Assembly (NCBI RefSeq): GCF_030684315.1
Contig: NC_081369.1
Location: forward strand, 9,586,035 to 9,650,034
DNA length: 64,000 nucleotides
Source: Stegostoma tigrinum
Lineage: Eukaryota
Reading direction: 5' to 3'
The notes under the pieces were generated by a model, which saw nothing but the letters and a program-made list of their open reading frames with translations, was not told the DNA's origin and ran no database searches. The translations under genes and the position numbers were made by a program. How positions within the stretch are numbered: the stretch's first letter is position 1; the number at the start of each line of letters is the position of its first letter. Shown one piece after another: positions 62,628 to 64,000 of this stretch.

Positions 62628-64000
62628 TAACATAGAACATAAAACAGTACAGCACAGAACAGGCCCTTCAGCCCACAATGTTGTGCCGTCAAATTTCTGT
62701 GACCGTATGCATGTCCAGCAGTCTCTTAAATGACCCCAATGACCTTGCTTCCACAACTGCTGCTGGTAATGCATTCCATGCTCTCACAACACTCTGTGTA
62801 AAGAACCCGCCTCTGACATCCCCTCTATACTTTCCTCCAACCAGCTTAAAACTATGACCCCTCGTGTTAGCCATTTCTGCCCTGGGAAATAGTCTCTGGC
62901 TATCAACTCTATCTATGCCTCTCATTATCATGTATACCTCAATTAGGTCCCCTCTCCTCCTCCTTTTCTCCAATGAAAAAAGTCCAAGCTCAGTCAACCT
63001 CTCTTCATAAGATAAGCCCTCCAGTCCAGGCAGCATCCTGGTAAACCTCCTCTGAACCTTCTCCAAAGCATCCACATCTTTCCTATAATAGGGCGACCAG
63101 AACTGGACGCAGTATTCCAAGTGCGGTCTAACCAAAGTTTTATAGAGCTGCAACAAGATCTCACGACTCTTAAACTCAATCCCCCTGTTAATGAAAGCCA
63201 AAACACCATACGCTTTCTTAACAACCCTGTCCACTTGGGTGGCCATTTTAAGGGATCCATGTATCTGCACACCAAGATCCCTCTGTTCCTCCACACTGCC
63301 AAGAATCCTATCATTAATCCTGTACTCAGCTATCAAATTCGACCGTCCAAAATGCATCACCTCGCATTTATCCAGGTTGAACTCCATCTGCCACCTCTCA
63401 GCCCATCTCTGCATCCTGTCAATGTCCCGCTGCAGCCTACAACAGTCCTCTATACTGTCAACGACACCTCCAACCTTTGTGTCATCTGCAAACTTGCTGA
63501 CCCATCCTTCAATCCCCTCATCCAAGTCATTAATAAAAATTACAAACAGTAGAGGCCCAAGGACAGAGCCCTGTGGAACACCACTTACCACTGACTTCCA
63601 GGCAGAATATTTTCCTTCTACTACCACTTGCTGTCTTCTGTTGGCCAGCCAATTCTGTATCCAGGCAGCTAAGTTCCACTGCATCCCATTCCACCTGACC
63701 TTCTGAATGAGCCTACCATGGGGAACCTTATCAAATGCCTTGCTGGAGTCCATATACACCACATCCACAGCTCAACCCTCATCAACTTTTGTAGTCACAT
63801 CCTCAAAGAACTCGATAAGGTTTGTGAGGCATGACCTGCCCCTCACAAAGCCGTGTTGACTGCATTTGATCAAGCCATGCTCTTCCAGATGGTCATAAAT
63901 CCTATCCCTCAGAATCCTTTCTAACACCTTGCAGATGACAGACGTGAGACTTACTGGTCTGTAATTGCCAGGGATTTCTCTATTTCTTTTCTTGAAGAGA
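62628..64000 (-). mobile_element. Young CR1 LINE, same subfamily as 32655-34737, running off the window edge
   Basis: ORF 62689-63768 is nearly identical to ORF 33532-34641; an in-frame TGA lies just upstream (about 63772); 25-nt deletion in the 3' UTR relative to the + copy. Confidence 0.96.

Overview
Eukaryotic, repeat-rich genomic DNA, most likely from a cartilaginous fish (HE1-type SINE, CR1/HER1-type LINEs with (TTCTATG)n tails, Penelope-type fragments). The core of the window is a tandem cluster of + strand, six-exon immunoglobulin-superfamily receptor genes with the layout leader / germline-joined VJ / C1 / TM / cyt1 / cyt2. Gene A (23662-27998, 327 aa by my splice model) has an uncharged TM and an ITIM (VQYSAV). 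Gene B (38706-43119, 296 aa) has Arg-Lys at the start of its TM, and a frameshifting deletion has removed its ITIM. Together they look like an inhibitory/activating receptor pair with an antigen-receptor-like ectodomain that does not rearrange. Both need a non-canonical GC donor after C1, and read-through gives a short secreted VJ-C1 chain. A third unit (about 51350-54900) keeps both flanks but has lost the gene. A fourth (56421-61681) is a pseudogene interrupted by a Gypsy element. Other notable structure: a 119-bp tandem array with box C/D'/C'/D architecture (12270-12560), hammerhead-ribozyme-like cores in Penelope fragments, and a perfect 73-bp hairpin insertion whose target-site duplication copies a splice donor of gene B. 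Most short ORFs in the track are noise or antisense shadows of LINE ORFs. Repeat boundaries are approximate, and gene models are manual and not transcript-verified.
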